64,000 nt of DNA from Blepharisma stoltei ATCC 30299. Its lineage: Eukaryota > Protista > Ciliophora. Shown here in pieces: positions 42,493 through 54,485 of this stretch. The notes under the pieces are model-generated. The model had not been told where the DNA came from and did no database searches. It saw only the letters and a program-made list of their open reading frames with translations. The first letter of the stretch is position 1. The number at the start of each line of letters is the position of its first letter. The stretch is taken from assembly GCA_965603825.1 (NCBI GenBank), contig CBFDEM010000062.1:372001-436000 (forward strand), in the 5' to 3' direction. The translations under genes and the position numbers were made by a program.

Positions 42493-42936
42493 TTATACTC
42501 TATTAAAAGGATTTATTAGCTCAGGAACAATAAATGCTCCTCCAATTGTTCCAAAAATCAAGGTATTTCTAATTCTCGGTCTTATCCCATGAGAAAGTCC
42601 AAAAATCAAAGCTGATACAAAAACAAAGCCAACAATTCTATCTGCAATTCCAGCGTCTTTTAAAAAGTTTGTTCTTTTTACTTTTATTACATTGAAATAA
42701 TCAAACCAATCAGGACGGAATGATCTGTATAGTCTCCTAAGATCTTCTTTCTCCTCTTTATACGCTATTTTCCCCCATTCTATTGAATAAGCTAGTCCCG
42801 ATTTAAATGAAGCTTTGGTTTGCTCTGCTTGAGATTTAAGCCAGATTTGAGAGTCAATTGCTGCCTGATTGATTGAGCTCAACGCATAAGACTCCCATGA
42901 TTCTAGAGTTTCTTTATATGGATCAAGTAATCCCAT
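42493..42936 (-). CDS. Small membrane protein (two C-terminal hydrophobic segments)
   Basis: 147-aa ORF; layout weakly reminiscent of MICOS Mic26/27. Confidence 0.6.
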   Translation of the reverse strand: MGLLDPYKETLESWESYALSSINQAAIDSQIWLKSQAEQTKASFKSGLAYSIEWGKIAYKEEKEDLRRLYRSFRPDWFDYFNVIKVKRTNFLKDAGIADRIVGFVFVSALIFGLSHGIRPRIRNTLIFGTIGGAFIVPELINPFNRV

Positions 42937-43003
42937 ATTTTATTTAAGAAATATCTTAATATTTCACTGCAGCTTTAATATCATAACTATTTCTGCGAGT
43001 TAA

Positions 43004-45721
43004 TTATTTTTTCAAAAGTTTCTGAATCCTTGGGAAATGCTTGCTTTTGGCTATTTCGAATTCCCTTATCTCGTCTTCCTCTTCTTCAATCATCTCATCT
43101 TCATCTGAGTATGGGTCTTTTCCTCTTGATTTAATTGCAATTAATTGTTCATAAGACTGGGCATTTGCTTCTTTAAGAAGCTTTTCTGCGTTTTCTCTAT
43201 CTTCTTCCACTTTTGACTTGATGTCAAGATTCACATTCCATTGAGGGTCTCCTCCAAGTATCAAAGTCCCTTTTTTGATTCCATTTTCATCCCAAATATG
43301 CACATTGCAGTCAAAGCTTGAAGAAATGATCAAAAATGGGGCCTCCACGATTGAAATATGGATGATTCCATCTCTATGTGCTCTGACTGACCAAAACAAT
43401 TCAAGGTCATTCCTTGAAAAGTGAGAAAATACAATACGATCTGTCAAAAAAGTGGAGTTATGGCTTTGTTCATCACTTTTGAAGTATAAAGTAATAATAG
43501 AGAGTTTATCAACAAGAGCTTTTATATTATACTTCTTTAAATAGCCATGCTCATCACCAGTGAAAAAGAATTCATTTGCATGGTTATAAGCTAGCGCTTT
43601 GACTGGAGAATTCAAGGGTTGGCCAGTTTCAGATTTCATACCAACATTTTCAAACTTCAGCAGAGGATGCTGCCTTAATTTGGATTCTTGAGTCATCCAA
43701 AAGTAAATGTTCCCATCTGCATCACAAGTCACTAAATATTCATAAGGATTTAGAAACATCAGAGTTCTGATTTCGACTTGATTAGCTTCAATAATTGCTT
43801 CTTGTCGAAAACTTGCTAACTTTGTAAGAATAATAACACCATCGTCACTTCCTGACGCTAAAATTCCTTCATTTATGTGAAGACTTATAGAGTTTACGTT
43901 TTCTCTGTGATGGATTTTATCATATCTCACGACGCCGACATTGTCACTTTTCGAGTCATCATGAATTTTAACAGATTTATCCCATGAGCTTGAAATCAAG
44001 AGTTTTTCTGATGAAATTAGCCCAGTTATTTCTTCAGAATGCCTGACGAACTTCTTTATTTTCGCGCCATTTTTCACGTTAATTGATCTTATTCTTCCTT
44101 GAGAGTCTCCAATATAAAGCTTCCTCTGCCGAGAATCCATTGCAGCCGCACAAATATCTCCTTTGATTATATCTCGAAATACATGTTGAAGCTGCCCAGT
44201 CACTGCACTTCAAATTTTTACAGTTTTGGGGTGCACTGTAATAAAATTTTGAAATAAAGAGTTATAAAGGGTGCATATGGTGTGGCCTTCATCAGCGAGA
44301 TGATGGTCTTGGGGTTCATCATACTTAAAAATATACATATATTTTGACCCTGTTATTATCCTTTTCTCTGGGAAAGAAACATCAAAGCAGTTAAGCTCAG
44401 GAGTAGGGACATTAAAGATTTGGATTGAAGTAAATGTTCTGATATCTCATACTCTGAACATCCCTGAAATATCTGCAGTTATCACTTGATAAGTTATTGG
44501 AACACATTTTACTCCTACTAAAGAGTGATTGTGGCCAGTAAGCTTGAAAATTTCTTTTTCTACATATGGATTTCATACATATGCCTCTCTATCTAGTCCT
44601 GCTGAAAACAAGCAAGCAGACTCTGCATGCCAGTCCAAAGAATAAATCCCTTTTTCCTGCCCTTTCAGTTTTCTCCTGTATGTGTTCTGGGGAATATCCC
44701 ATAAAAAAATCTTCCCATGCAGATCAGCAGATACCAAAATGCTCATTTCTTTAATGGAGAGCAGAGCCATGACAACAGTTTTGTGTCCATGCTCCTCATC
44801 TTCATCTCTTCTATATCTTCTCCTTTTCCTGTCCTCATCGTACTCTTCGTTTTCTTCAATTTCCTCAAGATCATCTTCTTTTCTGTCTTCTCTCTCAGGT
44901 TTAAACGGATTCCACATTTTTATGCTTTTTTTTTCCCTGGCACTTACTACATCCCATGCATATATAATCGCATCAGTGCCAGAGCTATAGAGGGTTTTGC
45001 AGTCTTCGCTCCATGCCAAAGTAAGAGGAATAGCTGGGCATGATATTCGTTGCTTCAGAAGATAGGTGGAATCGTCCCACAAATTAATTGTCAGATCGTT
45101 AGCAGAAGTTACGACTCTTCGAGGAGATTGGGCATGAGTTGCTGCAATGACTGCCCCTCTGTGTCCGCTTACTTCTTTAACGAATGACCCATTCTTCATA
45201 TCATAAATTTTAAAGCTGCTGCAGTTGCTTTCCATGACCAGCAGATGTCTTATTGCAGGGAGATAAAATATATGCTCAATTTCATTTGTATGTTTGGCTT
45301 TATCGACCCATTCAGTTGGGTAGTAATTTTTGATAGCGTCAATAAATGTCCTGTCCTTTTTGATCATACCTTTTTCTATAATGTGGTTAGAGAATTCTTC
45401 CCATTCTAAATTCTCGTCATGATTTACGTCAATTTGTTCGAATAGCTCATTGAGAGAGCCAACTAATCTTAATTTATCCTGAATATCGGGCAGATGGTGA
45501 AGCATGATAATAATGAAATCTTTTTTGGTGAGACTTTGGTTATCTCATAGTTTAAAATCCTTTTTTATTTTGGCAAGTAAAACATGATTAAGCAGAGACA
45601 TGATGTCCATATTCACAATTGAGTTTCTTTCACGGACTTCGTCAACTTCAAGCTCTTCTTCATTTATTTCATAGCTCGTGTCTTCGCTATGTGCTTGCTG
45701 TGAAATTTCAGCTGGTTCCAT
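43004..45721 (-). CDS. EF-hand + WD40-repeat protein (WDR49/EFCAB8-like)
   Basis: [15 protein letters not shown] hand and many WD repeats; TGA falls at WD positions (FRV[W]D, AYV[W]N, VKI[W]S). Confidence 0.85.
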
Positions 45722-45898
45722 TTTATATGTTTCACTTTTCAGTACTCTATAACTTATATTTGCCTTTTTAGTTCAATAAAAATAACCTTTTATTTTTAAA
45801 AGAATTTCTCATCCTTTTTATAGTCCTTGCGTTTTTTTGATGATGGTAATTAGAATTTTTCTTAAATAATTTTAAGAGAGAGATTATGAGTTAATATT

Positions 45899-46147
45899 AT
45901 GGGAAATTGCTGCAGACAACAAATGGATGTAATAACAACTTAGAATCCTCCTGAGCCTAATCCACCTCACGCTCTTCCAAAAGCTTCTTCTAATTTCACC
46001 TTTGCAAAGTCACGATTTTCTTCTGACTCAACCTTGAAACTCCCTCCTACATTTTCAGATCCTGCATTATTTGCAGTTGAACAGAACGATAATTCTCGTG
46101 ATGTAATTGAGCATATTCAAGATATTTCAGGTGAAGAATTGCCATAA
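45899..46147 (+). CDS. 77-aa microprotein with dual-acylation N-terminus (MGNCC); absent from the ORF track
   Basis: ATG GGA AAT TGC TGC..., intron 45929-45943, then an open frame to TAA 46145-46147; higher GC than the flanks. Confidence 0.7.
45929..45943 (+). other. 15-nt intron
   Basis: gtaataacaacttag; in-frame TAG; A at -6. Confidence 0.75.
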
Positions 46148-46269
46148 TTTTGATTAATTAAATCTAAGTTCCATGAATTATAAGCCATCTCTCTAATTCT
46201 TGCTGTTAAGGTTTCTTCGACAATAATTGAGAGCAGATTAAAATAATTTAAATGTTCTTAAAGAATGAA

Positions 46270-47502
46270 TTAGTTATATTTTCCTGGAAGAACACTCTGC
46301 GACATCGTGGAGATCTTATAAAACGAACTCTTTTCGCTGAAAAGGTGTGTAAATAAAAAGAATATTGCAACTTGGATTAGGGATAAACCTATAGTTACCA
46401 CTTTTGATCTGACATAGCTAACAAAAATCCAAGAAAAGAAAACTACAATAGGTAGAGAAAGTAAATAAATAGAACCTAAGATGCTGAATGATAAAATAAA
46501 AGATTTCACCTTTGCATTTGCACTAGAGTAAAGCCCTTTTATCAAATATAGAAACCATATCCATATACCAATGCGGATTATCATTAGCAGGTATCCAGGA
46601 ATGCCTTCATAATCACTGAATTTATAATAGCTATCGTCAGTGATGCGTCCAAGTCCTACAATCAAAAGATTAAACATTACTACTATTAGTGAAATCGGGA
46701 TATAGATATCAGGATCTGGGAAATCTTTGTACTTGATCGTTCATCCATTTGCCATGATAATCAGTTCTATAGTGATTAGCATTGTAGCTATCAATTCAAA
46801 TGCTTGGGATAGAAAATCTAGAACTGAAAAGCCTTTTCCGTTATATGAGTAAATCCAATAATGCAAAATTTGACAAAAAATCCCTGAAAATTGTGAAGCA
46901 ATCGCAATGTTAAAAATAACTAAATTTGTCTCTAAATCATCTGTTTTTCTAAACATCCTAATTAGTCTCATCATATTCCCTGATAGGGTTAGCAAGTAGA
47001 TAAACAAAAGCATAGGATAAAAATAGTCCAGACCTTTACGCTCTACTGAGAACTCAGATCCATCTGCATTCGTAAGATGCATCTCAACTCTGATCCTTTG
47101 TTTGTCATTTAAAACATTATCACAGTCAGAGATCGCAAAATACCATACATGAGGGCTTTGCTTCTGGGACACAGCACCTGTAATTTGCTCCGACCAATCT
47201 CCATTAGTTGGGATAGAAATCTGTTTATTTCTCTTCGCGACTTTAAGTTTTTCATTGCAATCGTCTTCATTAATAACCTCATCCCAATTATCGTCAAGAT
47301 AAACAGTGGCCAGCAAGTTTACATTTTGTGGATATGTGTCATTTAATACTTTTAAAAATTTCGCCTTCATTTCCCACTCCCCACGCCCTATATCGCATGC
47401 AAACTTTGTTATGTATTTTCATTTGCTATCTGGAGCCAGAGTAAGTGTGTTTGAGATCAATTTTCCAAGCGCTGATACCAGAAGAAGCAAGAAGATTATC
47501 AT
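46270..47502 (-). CDS. GPR180/TMEM145-like 7TM protein
   Basis: Signal peptide, K[W]KYITKF, PHVWYFAISDC, EFSVE, HYWIYSYNGKG, ANG[TGA=W]TI. Confidence 0.85.
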
Positions 47503-47571
47503 ATTTAACTAATAAATCAGACCATAATCGTAATTTTATTGTCAATGACAATTGTTTTCTAGATTATAAAA

Positions 47572-48888
47572 ATGCTAAAATTTGCAAGGAGATTTTTTGG
47601 GCATAAAGATGAGCTTGCAAGCTTCCTTTCACAGATAGGAATAAGCAACTCAGTGACTAAATACAGCATCGATGAAGGGAAAGTAGAAGTTCAGCTGAAA
47701 TTAGACGAGAGCTATCGGAAAAATAGAGCTGCGTTGCTTAATCATATTAAGACGTTGCCATGGGTGAATGACTGTAAAGTCACAATTGCTCCAGCAGAGC
47801 AGAAGACCAAGGATTATGGGAACTTAAAGAAAGTAAAAAATATTATTGCTGTCGCAAGCTGCAAAGGAGGAGTAGGGAAGTCAACAGTCGCTGTAAACTT
47901 AGCATTCAGCATCTCACTTCTAGGCTATAGAGTGGGAATTTTTGATGCTGATATTTATGGACCAAGCTTGCCAACTCTTATTAATTCCCCTCAAACTTAT
48001 CTTGAAAGCCCTAAGGATGATCCAAAATCAATTATTCCTATAGTTTATAACGGAGTAAAATGCATGTCATATGGCTATGCTGCAGCAAACAAAAAAGCAA
48101 TATATAGAGGTCCTATTGTATCTGCACTCATTCAGCAGCTTCTATTTAATACTCTATGAGATGAATTAGATTATTTAGTACTAGACACTCCACCAGGCAC
48201 CGGAGACATACAAATTACATTATGCCAAGAATTACCTATTTCTTCAGCAGTCATTGTGACAACCCCTCAAAAACTCAGCTTTGTAGATGTTGTTAAAGGT
48301 ATAGAAATGTTCGACGAATTAAAAGTTCCAACAGTTGCAGTTGTTGAAAACATGAGCTATTTTGAGTGCTCAAACTGTAAAGAAAAACACAGGCCGTTTG
48401 GATTGGGATATAAAGATATGCTTGTTAAGCAGTTTGGTATTAAAAATTCTTTTGAGCTACCAATGCACTCTGACTATTCTAAGTTTGGTGATTTAGGAGC
48501 CCCTGTTGTCCTTGTTCATCCTCCTCAGTCAAGCTTGGTAGAAACATTCCTTGAAATGGGCAGAAAAGTGATGCAAGAAACTGAGACTGTGAAAAATATA
48601 AAAAATCCAAAAGTTTGGTATTCTCCAAAAGATTCACTTATTTATGTGGAGCAAGATAAAGAGCTAACTATATCTCCTTATAAGTTAAGGACTAGCTGCC
48701 AATGCGCAGCATGCGTTGATGAATTTTCAGGAGTTCAGCTATTTAAACCTGAGCAAATCCCAGAAGATGTATATCCTTTGAAGATTGAGGCTAAAGGAAA
48801 TTATGCTGTTGCAGTAACTTGGTCAGATGGGCATAGATCTTCACTTTATCCATATTCTAATCTAATTTCTATAGCTAAATCACCATAA
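47572..48888 (+). CDS. HCF101: Mrp/NBP35 Fe-S scaffold ATPase, HCF101-type (C-terminal DUF971-like domain), predicted mitochondrial
   Basis: [28 protein letters not shown][TGA 48157=W][17 protein letters not shown]-terminal CQCAACVDE...[13 protein letters not shown]; presequence [10 protein letters not shown]. Confidence 0.88.
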
Positions 48889-49490
48889 CCTTTTGCTATA
48901 TTTAGGCATAATTCAAGGATCATTTTAAATTGTTTGAAAGATTACATTAGTGACAAATTAGTAATTTGAAAAGCAAAAACCTAGATTTTATGGCAAGTAA
49001 AGAAAAGCTTTTGCAAGTTTTATTGTTACTTTGTTAATTCATCAAAGTGAAATTTATCTGGTTTTCAGATAGTGAGTTCACCTCTTAATGAATTGATAAA
49101 TACAATCAAAAGCGAAAAAAAGTTAATATAAAATTTTCTATTCAAACTTAATTAATAAATCTTCATAAAAGTGATTCATTGCATAATAAGATTAATTTTG
49201 GATATCTTTATAATATATAAGGTAAATCTATTTTAAAAAATAAAATCGATATTTTGGTCATTGTCTTTTTATTTTCTAATGAAATTAAATTAAAAAAATT
49301 ATTGTTCTTATTCATCAAAAAATAATTTCTGAATGCTAGTTCTTATCTATAGATGCCTAAGTATTTTCATTTCTAAAACAATTATTTTTTTTTAACTTCT
49401 ATTCGAAATCAGCTTTCCAAATTTTTACTTATTTGCTGAAATTTCCTAAAAACTGGTTTCTCACCCAGCTATTTTATTTAAGTATATTAA

Positions 49491-51041
49491 ATGGTAGATT
49501 CAATAAGAAAGAAAATTGTTGCTTTAGTTAGTCTGTTTGCTATAGTTTACACTCTATTTTCAATCTTAGGTCCTCCTTCTTCAGACCAACAAATACCAAG
49601 ATCATATTTTAGGGCTGACTTCAATGCAACAAATTCAAACGAATCCGAGTTAGAAAAGAATTATACTTCACAGTTTCCTCCTAAATTTTTATCTGAGTTA
49701 TACAGGGGAAGTTGGCAAGCAAGTAGCCAAAGCACTTCTCTCCATGGAATGATGAATTTGGCCGGCATTGCATATTTTCACATTAGAGAAGAAAATGCTA
49801 CAGAAGTCAGAAAATTTAAGATATTCCTTTACGATGGCGTGTGGGAAAGTAATATTTATTATAAGCTAGTTTTTCATAAAGCTTACTATGATCAAGATAC
49901 CAAATCACTTACTAGTGAAGCTTGTCCAATGATTACTGAAAAGAATCCGATTAATTTAAGAGGATGCTCGTGCACAAGCATTTTTAACTTTACGATAGAT
50001 GAAAATGACTTATACAGAATTTATGGAAAAGTAAAGAGCGATGATTGCTCATTAGATTTAAATTTTATCCTGCATGAGTTAACAGCTTCAGCTAAGCAAG
50101 AACCAGTAGTCACTTATAGCTTTATAATCTCATGCACATCAGTTTTACTTATTTTTGGATTTGCTAGACATACACAGGACTGCATTTCTGAAAATTTTGC
50201 AAAAAAGACGTCTATATGAATGCTTGGAATGCAAGCGACAATTGACTTATTTTTTTGCTTATATCATTGCCATCTAGCAGTGAGTTATGAAGACTCGTTT
50301 GACTATTTAATGCTAGCTTCATTTTGATGCTTTGCTGTTTTTATGATTATTCAAGGAAGATTAACACTTTTGGTTTGAAAAGCTCAGCATCCTGAGCTCT
50401 ATGCTGAGGGTATAGAAAACTTCAGAAGATATTATAGCAGCTTTCAGACTAAATTTTTGACTTTCATCATATCAACCGTGATTTTTTCTGTTATTTTTGA
50501 TGTCCTTTTTCTCTATTGAATCCTTCTTATTCATAGCTTTTTTATTCCTCAAATAATATTAAACGCTAGGCAAGGATACAAGTTCCCGGTAAGGACTCCT
50601 ATATTGCTGCTAACATTTGCCACAAGGCTAAGTACAATTTTATATTTCTTTGGTTGTCCAGCAAACTTTTTAGCACTAACACCAAATATTGGATTTTGCA
50701 CAATATTAACTGCTTATTTGACTTTACAACTCATAGTTTTGCTTCTCCAAAATTCAAAAGTAGGGCCTCGCTTCTTTGTTCCAAGATTTTTAAGACCAAA
50801 AATATACAGCTATTATAGGGGTCTAGAAGAAGAAGCACAGATTGAAGAAAATACTGACTGCATTATATGTATGACTCCGCTTAATCTACAAGGAAAAGAA
50901 ATTGAAGGTACAGTAAATCAAGCAAAAACTATGCATGCCCCATGTGGACATAAATTTCATGAAGACTGTTTAATGAATTGGATGGCTATTAAAATGGAAT
51001 GTCCAACTTGCCGAAAAGCTCTGCCACTAATTGAAGAATAA
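49491..51041 (+). CDS. Transmembrane RING-H2 E3 ligase (TUL1/FLY-like)
   Basis: Luminal domain, ~7 TM helices through four TGA=Trp codons, SFFIPQI, GPRFFVP, CIICM...PCGHKFHEDCLMNWMAIKMECPTCR. Confidence 0.87.
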
Positions 51042-51143
51042 TAGCAGTGACTTTATAAATAACTAATTGTAAAATGCTTAGTGACGAAAATGCATATTTA
51101 TATTATTTTTAAAATAAAATAATTTCTTTGAATTTATATTTAA

Positions 51144-52427
51144 ATGTCTGAATTGTTTCGAAAATACATAAAGAAAGAAAATTACCCAGTCCATCCTTCG
51201 AATATCGCTTTCAAGACGAACTTCAAGAATTGTATATATGAAGCTCTAAAAAGAAGAGGCTGGAGAGAAACTGACTCAGAAATGGAGTGGGACATCATGT
51301 GGTCAGAAAAAGAATGGATTCATGAAGTATTCGACCACGTTCACCTTCAGCCACACCAGAGAGTCAACCATTTCAGAAATTATGCAGAGCTTTGCAGAAA
51401 AGATTTGATGATAAAGAACATGAAAAGATATAAGAAAAATCTTGAAAAAGAAGGAAAGCTGGAGGAAGCGGCTGAGGTCGATTTCTTTCCATTGACTTAT
51501 AACATGCCTGGGGAATACTCACTATTTGTAGAAGAATTCAAGAGAAATCCGAATACAGTGTGGATTATGAAGCCAATTGGGAAATCTCAAGGCAAAGGAA
51601 TTTTTCTTTTTCAGAAACTTCAGCAGGTTTCGCAGTGAAAAAGCGATTTTAGATGGAAACCTGACAATCCACAGGCTGAGCCTTATATTGTGCAGAGATA
51701 TATTAATAACCCGCTGCTTGTTGGTGGGAAAAAATTTGATATGAGAATTTATGTGCTGGTCACTTGCTATTCACCACTGACAGCTTATCTGTATAGAACA
51801 GGATTTGCGCGTTTTACCCACCATCGATATTCAAGCAACCCAGAAGATATTTGCAATAGCTATATCCATTTAACAAATGTCGCAGTTCAAAAAACAAGTG
51901 AAAATTACGATGCTCAAACAGGTGGAAAATGGGATTTAAGACTTTTGAAGCTTTATCTCATGTCAAAATATGGTCAAGACCGAGTGTCTGAATGCTTTTA
52001 TAAGATCCACCAAATTTTCATTAAGAGCTTATTAGCTGTTCAGAAATCAATGATAAATGATAAGCATTGTTTTGAGCTGTATGGATATGATATCCTCATA
52101 GATTCAAACTTGAAGCCTTGACTATTGGAAGTCAATGCAGCACCAAGTATGACATCGAATACCCCTCATGATTTTGAGCTAAAAGTTGGGCTACTGGATG
52201 ATGTATTCACAATAGTAGACATGGAAAGAGTGATGCAAGGAAATGAAGAGCAAGTAGGAGGATTTGATCTTATTTATAGACAAACTCCATTCCCAATGCC
52301 AGCTAATTCAACTTACCAAACTTATTTGGGCACTTATAACCAGAGAGCAACAACTTTGAAGAAGCTAGCCAAACAAGCAGCTCAGAGAATGGCTGCAAAT
52401 GAAGCTACTAAAGTTGCTGCTAAATAA
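51144..52427 (+). CDS. TTLL9: Tubulin polyglutamylase TTLL9-like
   Basis: QRVNHFRN, WIMKP...QGKGIFL, QRYINNPLLVGGKKFDMRIYVLV, FELYGYDILID.NLKP[TGA 52119=W]LLEVN. Confidence 0.88.
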
Positions 52428-52596
52428 TTCTTTTAAAATATAGATGAAGCTAAAATATCAAATTTAACTCTAATAAATACTCTAAAAGAATTGAGATTAA
52501 TCAATATGATTTTAAATTATTTAAATATTTTCTATCAAATGCTTAAAATTATATAAAATAGCAATAATAAGAATTATAAAATAGATTACTAAAGTA

Positions 52597-53229
52597 TTAG
52601 ATAGGTAAAAAGGCTTCACCAGAGAAACAAGGGCACATTTTGAAACCGTATTTTATCAAGTTTAAAAACCCTGTGTAGCCACCTGGGAACATATTTGAAA
52701 TATACCAACCAAGCCCTAAAATTTGAAAAGCTGTAGAAAATATGACTATGACATAATCTCCTAAGATCAATGCTGCAAAAAGAGTGCAAGTAATAGAACT
52801 AAAATATACACATGAAACAATAATATTTTCTTTCCCTTCAAATAACTCTTTAAAATAAGCTAAAAATGTTGGCTTTGTAAAGCTAAGTGCTGCATGGATA
52901 AAAAGAGAGCCAGCACTAAAAAGAATGGCAAAATTCTTTGGGAATAAAATGAATGTAGGCAAAAATGATAATGATCCAAATAGTAGAATAACTGCAATTA
53001 TAAGGCAGATTAAAGATTTTCTAATCCTTACAGCTCGATCTTCAGCTGTTTGAAATATTGCAACACTTTCCGATGCTTTATTTTTGATAGCTTGCGCTAT
53101 GTTACTTAAAAGGCCAGTTTCTTCATTTTTGTTCTCTTTGTGTGTAAGCCAATTCTTTATTGAGCTCGACCATTCTTGCTTTTGTCCCTGACCAGAATTC
53201 GGCGATGTAGTTGAATAATTCGGAAGCAT
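52597..53229 (-). CDS. SFT2/GOT1-like vesicle transport 4-TM protein
   Basis: PKNFAILFSAGS, WYISNMFPGG; first ATG at 53229. Confidence 0.8.
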   Translation of the reverse strand: MLPNYSTTSPNSGQGQKQEWSSSIKNWLTHKENKNEETGLLSNIAQAIKNKASESVAIFQTAEDRAVRIRKSLICLIIAVILLFGSLSFLPTFILFPKNFAILFSAGSLFIHAALSFTKPTFLAYFKELFEGKENIIVSCVYFSSITCTLFAALILGDYVIVIFSTAFQILGLGWYISNMFPGGYTGFLNLIKYGFKMCPCFSGEAFLPI

Positions 53230-53400
53230 ATTTATCAATTATCTTTAAATTATGAAATATGTAAGAATACAACATCAATAATGGCAACTATATGACTAAT
53301 TGCCACTAGCTTAGATTTATACTGAAAAGAACGAATGAGATGAGTAAATTTTAAATTATTAAAATTATATTATTGTTTGGTACTATAATTATTTTAGATT

Positions 53401-54450
53401 TTATTCTTCTCGAACTCTTTCGAACTGAACAGGATTTGATCTTCCTTTTGGCAACGCTGCATCACCTTCTTCTCGATCTCCTCTGATATTGCGATAAATA
53501 TTGGCCCCAGATCTATCATTAAACAAAGGTTTATCATACACATTGTATTCATCTTCTGATCCAAATCCAGCATCTACCCCTTCATTTTGATTAAACAGCC
53601 TTTCATCAAGAAGTTTGCTTTTGGTCGGCTGCGCTTGACCCAGTGCAATTTTTTCGCTTATATCTCTTTCCATATCTCTATCCTTTTTCTGCACTTTTCG
53701 CCCAGCATTTTCAATTCTTCTGTCCCTTTCAATTTCTCTGCTTCTTTCAAATCTTATTTTTTCTCTTTCTTCTACACTTGAAGAGCGCTCTCTTTTCTTT
53801 GGCTGTTCGTTCTTCACCAAGCTATTTCTCTCAGCTCTGGCTTGTGCAGCCAGCTCTCTCATTTGATTTTCTTTTTTTAAGCTTTCTTTTAGAGCAAGCT
53901 TTTTCTGAATTGCTTCCCTGGCTGAGACTTCTTCTCTGGCGTTTCTTTCAGCTTGGTATAGAGTTTCAGAGTGCTTGGGAAACCTTTCAGATATGGTAGT
54001 ATCTCTTAAATATCTCCCATCTGCTGAAAGACGCATTTCGATTGGAATTGTGTACCCTTTGGAGTTTTTCCAGTTTGATATGCAAGGAGGGATTTTTCAG
54101 TTTTTTTGGTCTTTTGAAGTGATCTGTCTGGGAGGAGATCTTTCAATTCTAACGTGATCATCTACTTGACCACGAGGAACTCTGCGGTGTGAAAATTTAA
54201 CACATTCCATTGGATCAGTTTGCTGCTCATGCATGCGGATGATCCTTTCTTGGCCATCTAAGCCAGTGTGCTTCACATAATAAGGATCTTGTGTTTTCCT
54301 CAAAGGTTCACCCCCAACCTTTGCAGCAATAATTGTCCCATTTAAAGTCTGTTCAAGTGCCTGCTTTGTTTTTGCTGTATTATTTGCTATTTCCTCAAGA
54401 GAAGGGCGAGTCAGGTCATAACCAGAAATATCTTTTTTCACGAGTTCCAT
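53401..54450 (-). CDS. SNW1: SNW domain splicing factor SNW1/SKIP/Prp45
   Basis: QKN[TGA=W]KIPPCISNWKNSKGYTIP, RDISEKIALG, RLFNQ, YNVYDKPLF, PVQFE. Confidence 0.95.
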
Positions 54451-54485
54451 TTATTTGAATTTATAAAATCATTACTTGTGTTAAA

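Noticed and set aside
10205-52430. Tandem stop codons (TAA TAA / TAA TAG) after about 5 genes
   Set aside because: Roughly what AT-rich 3'UTRs would give by chance in about 40 genes.
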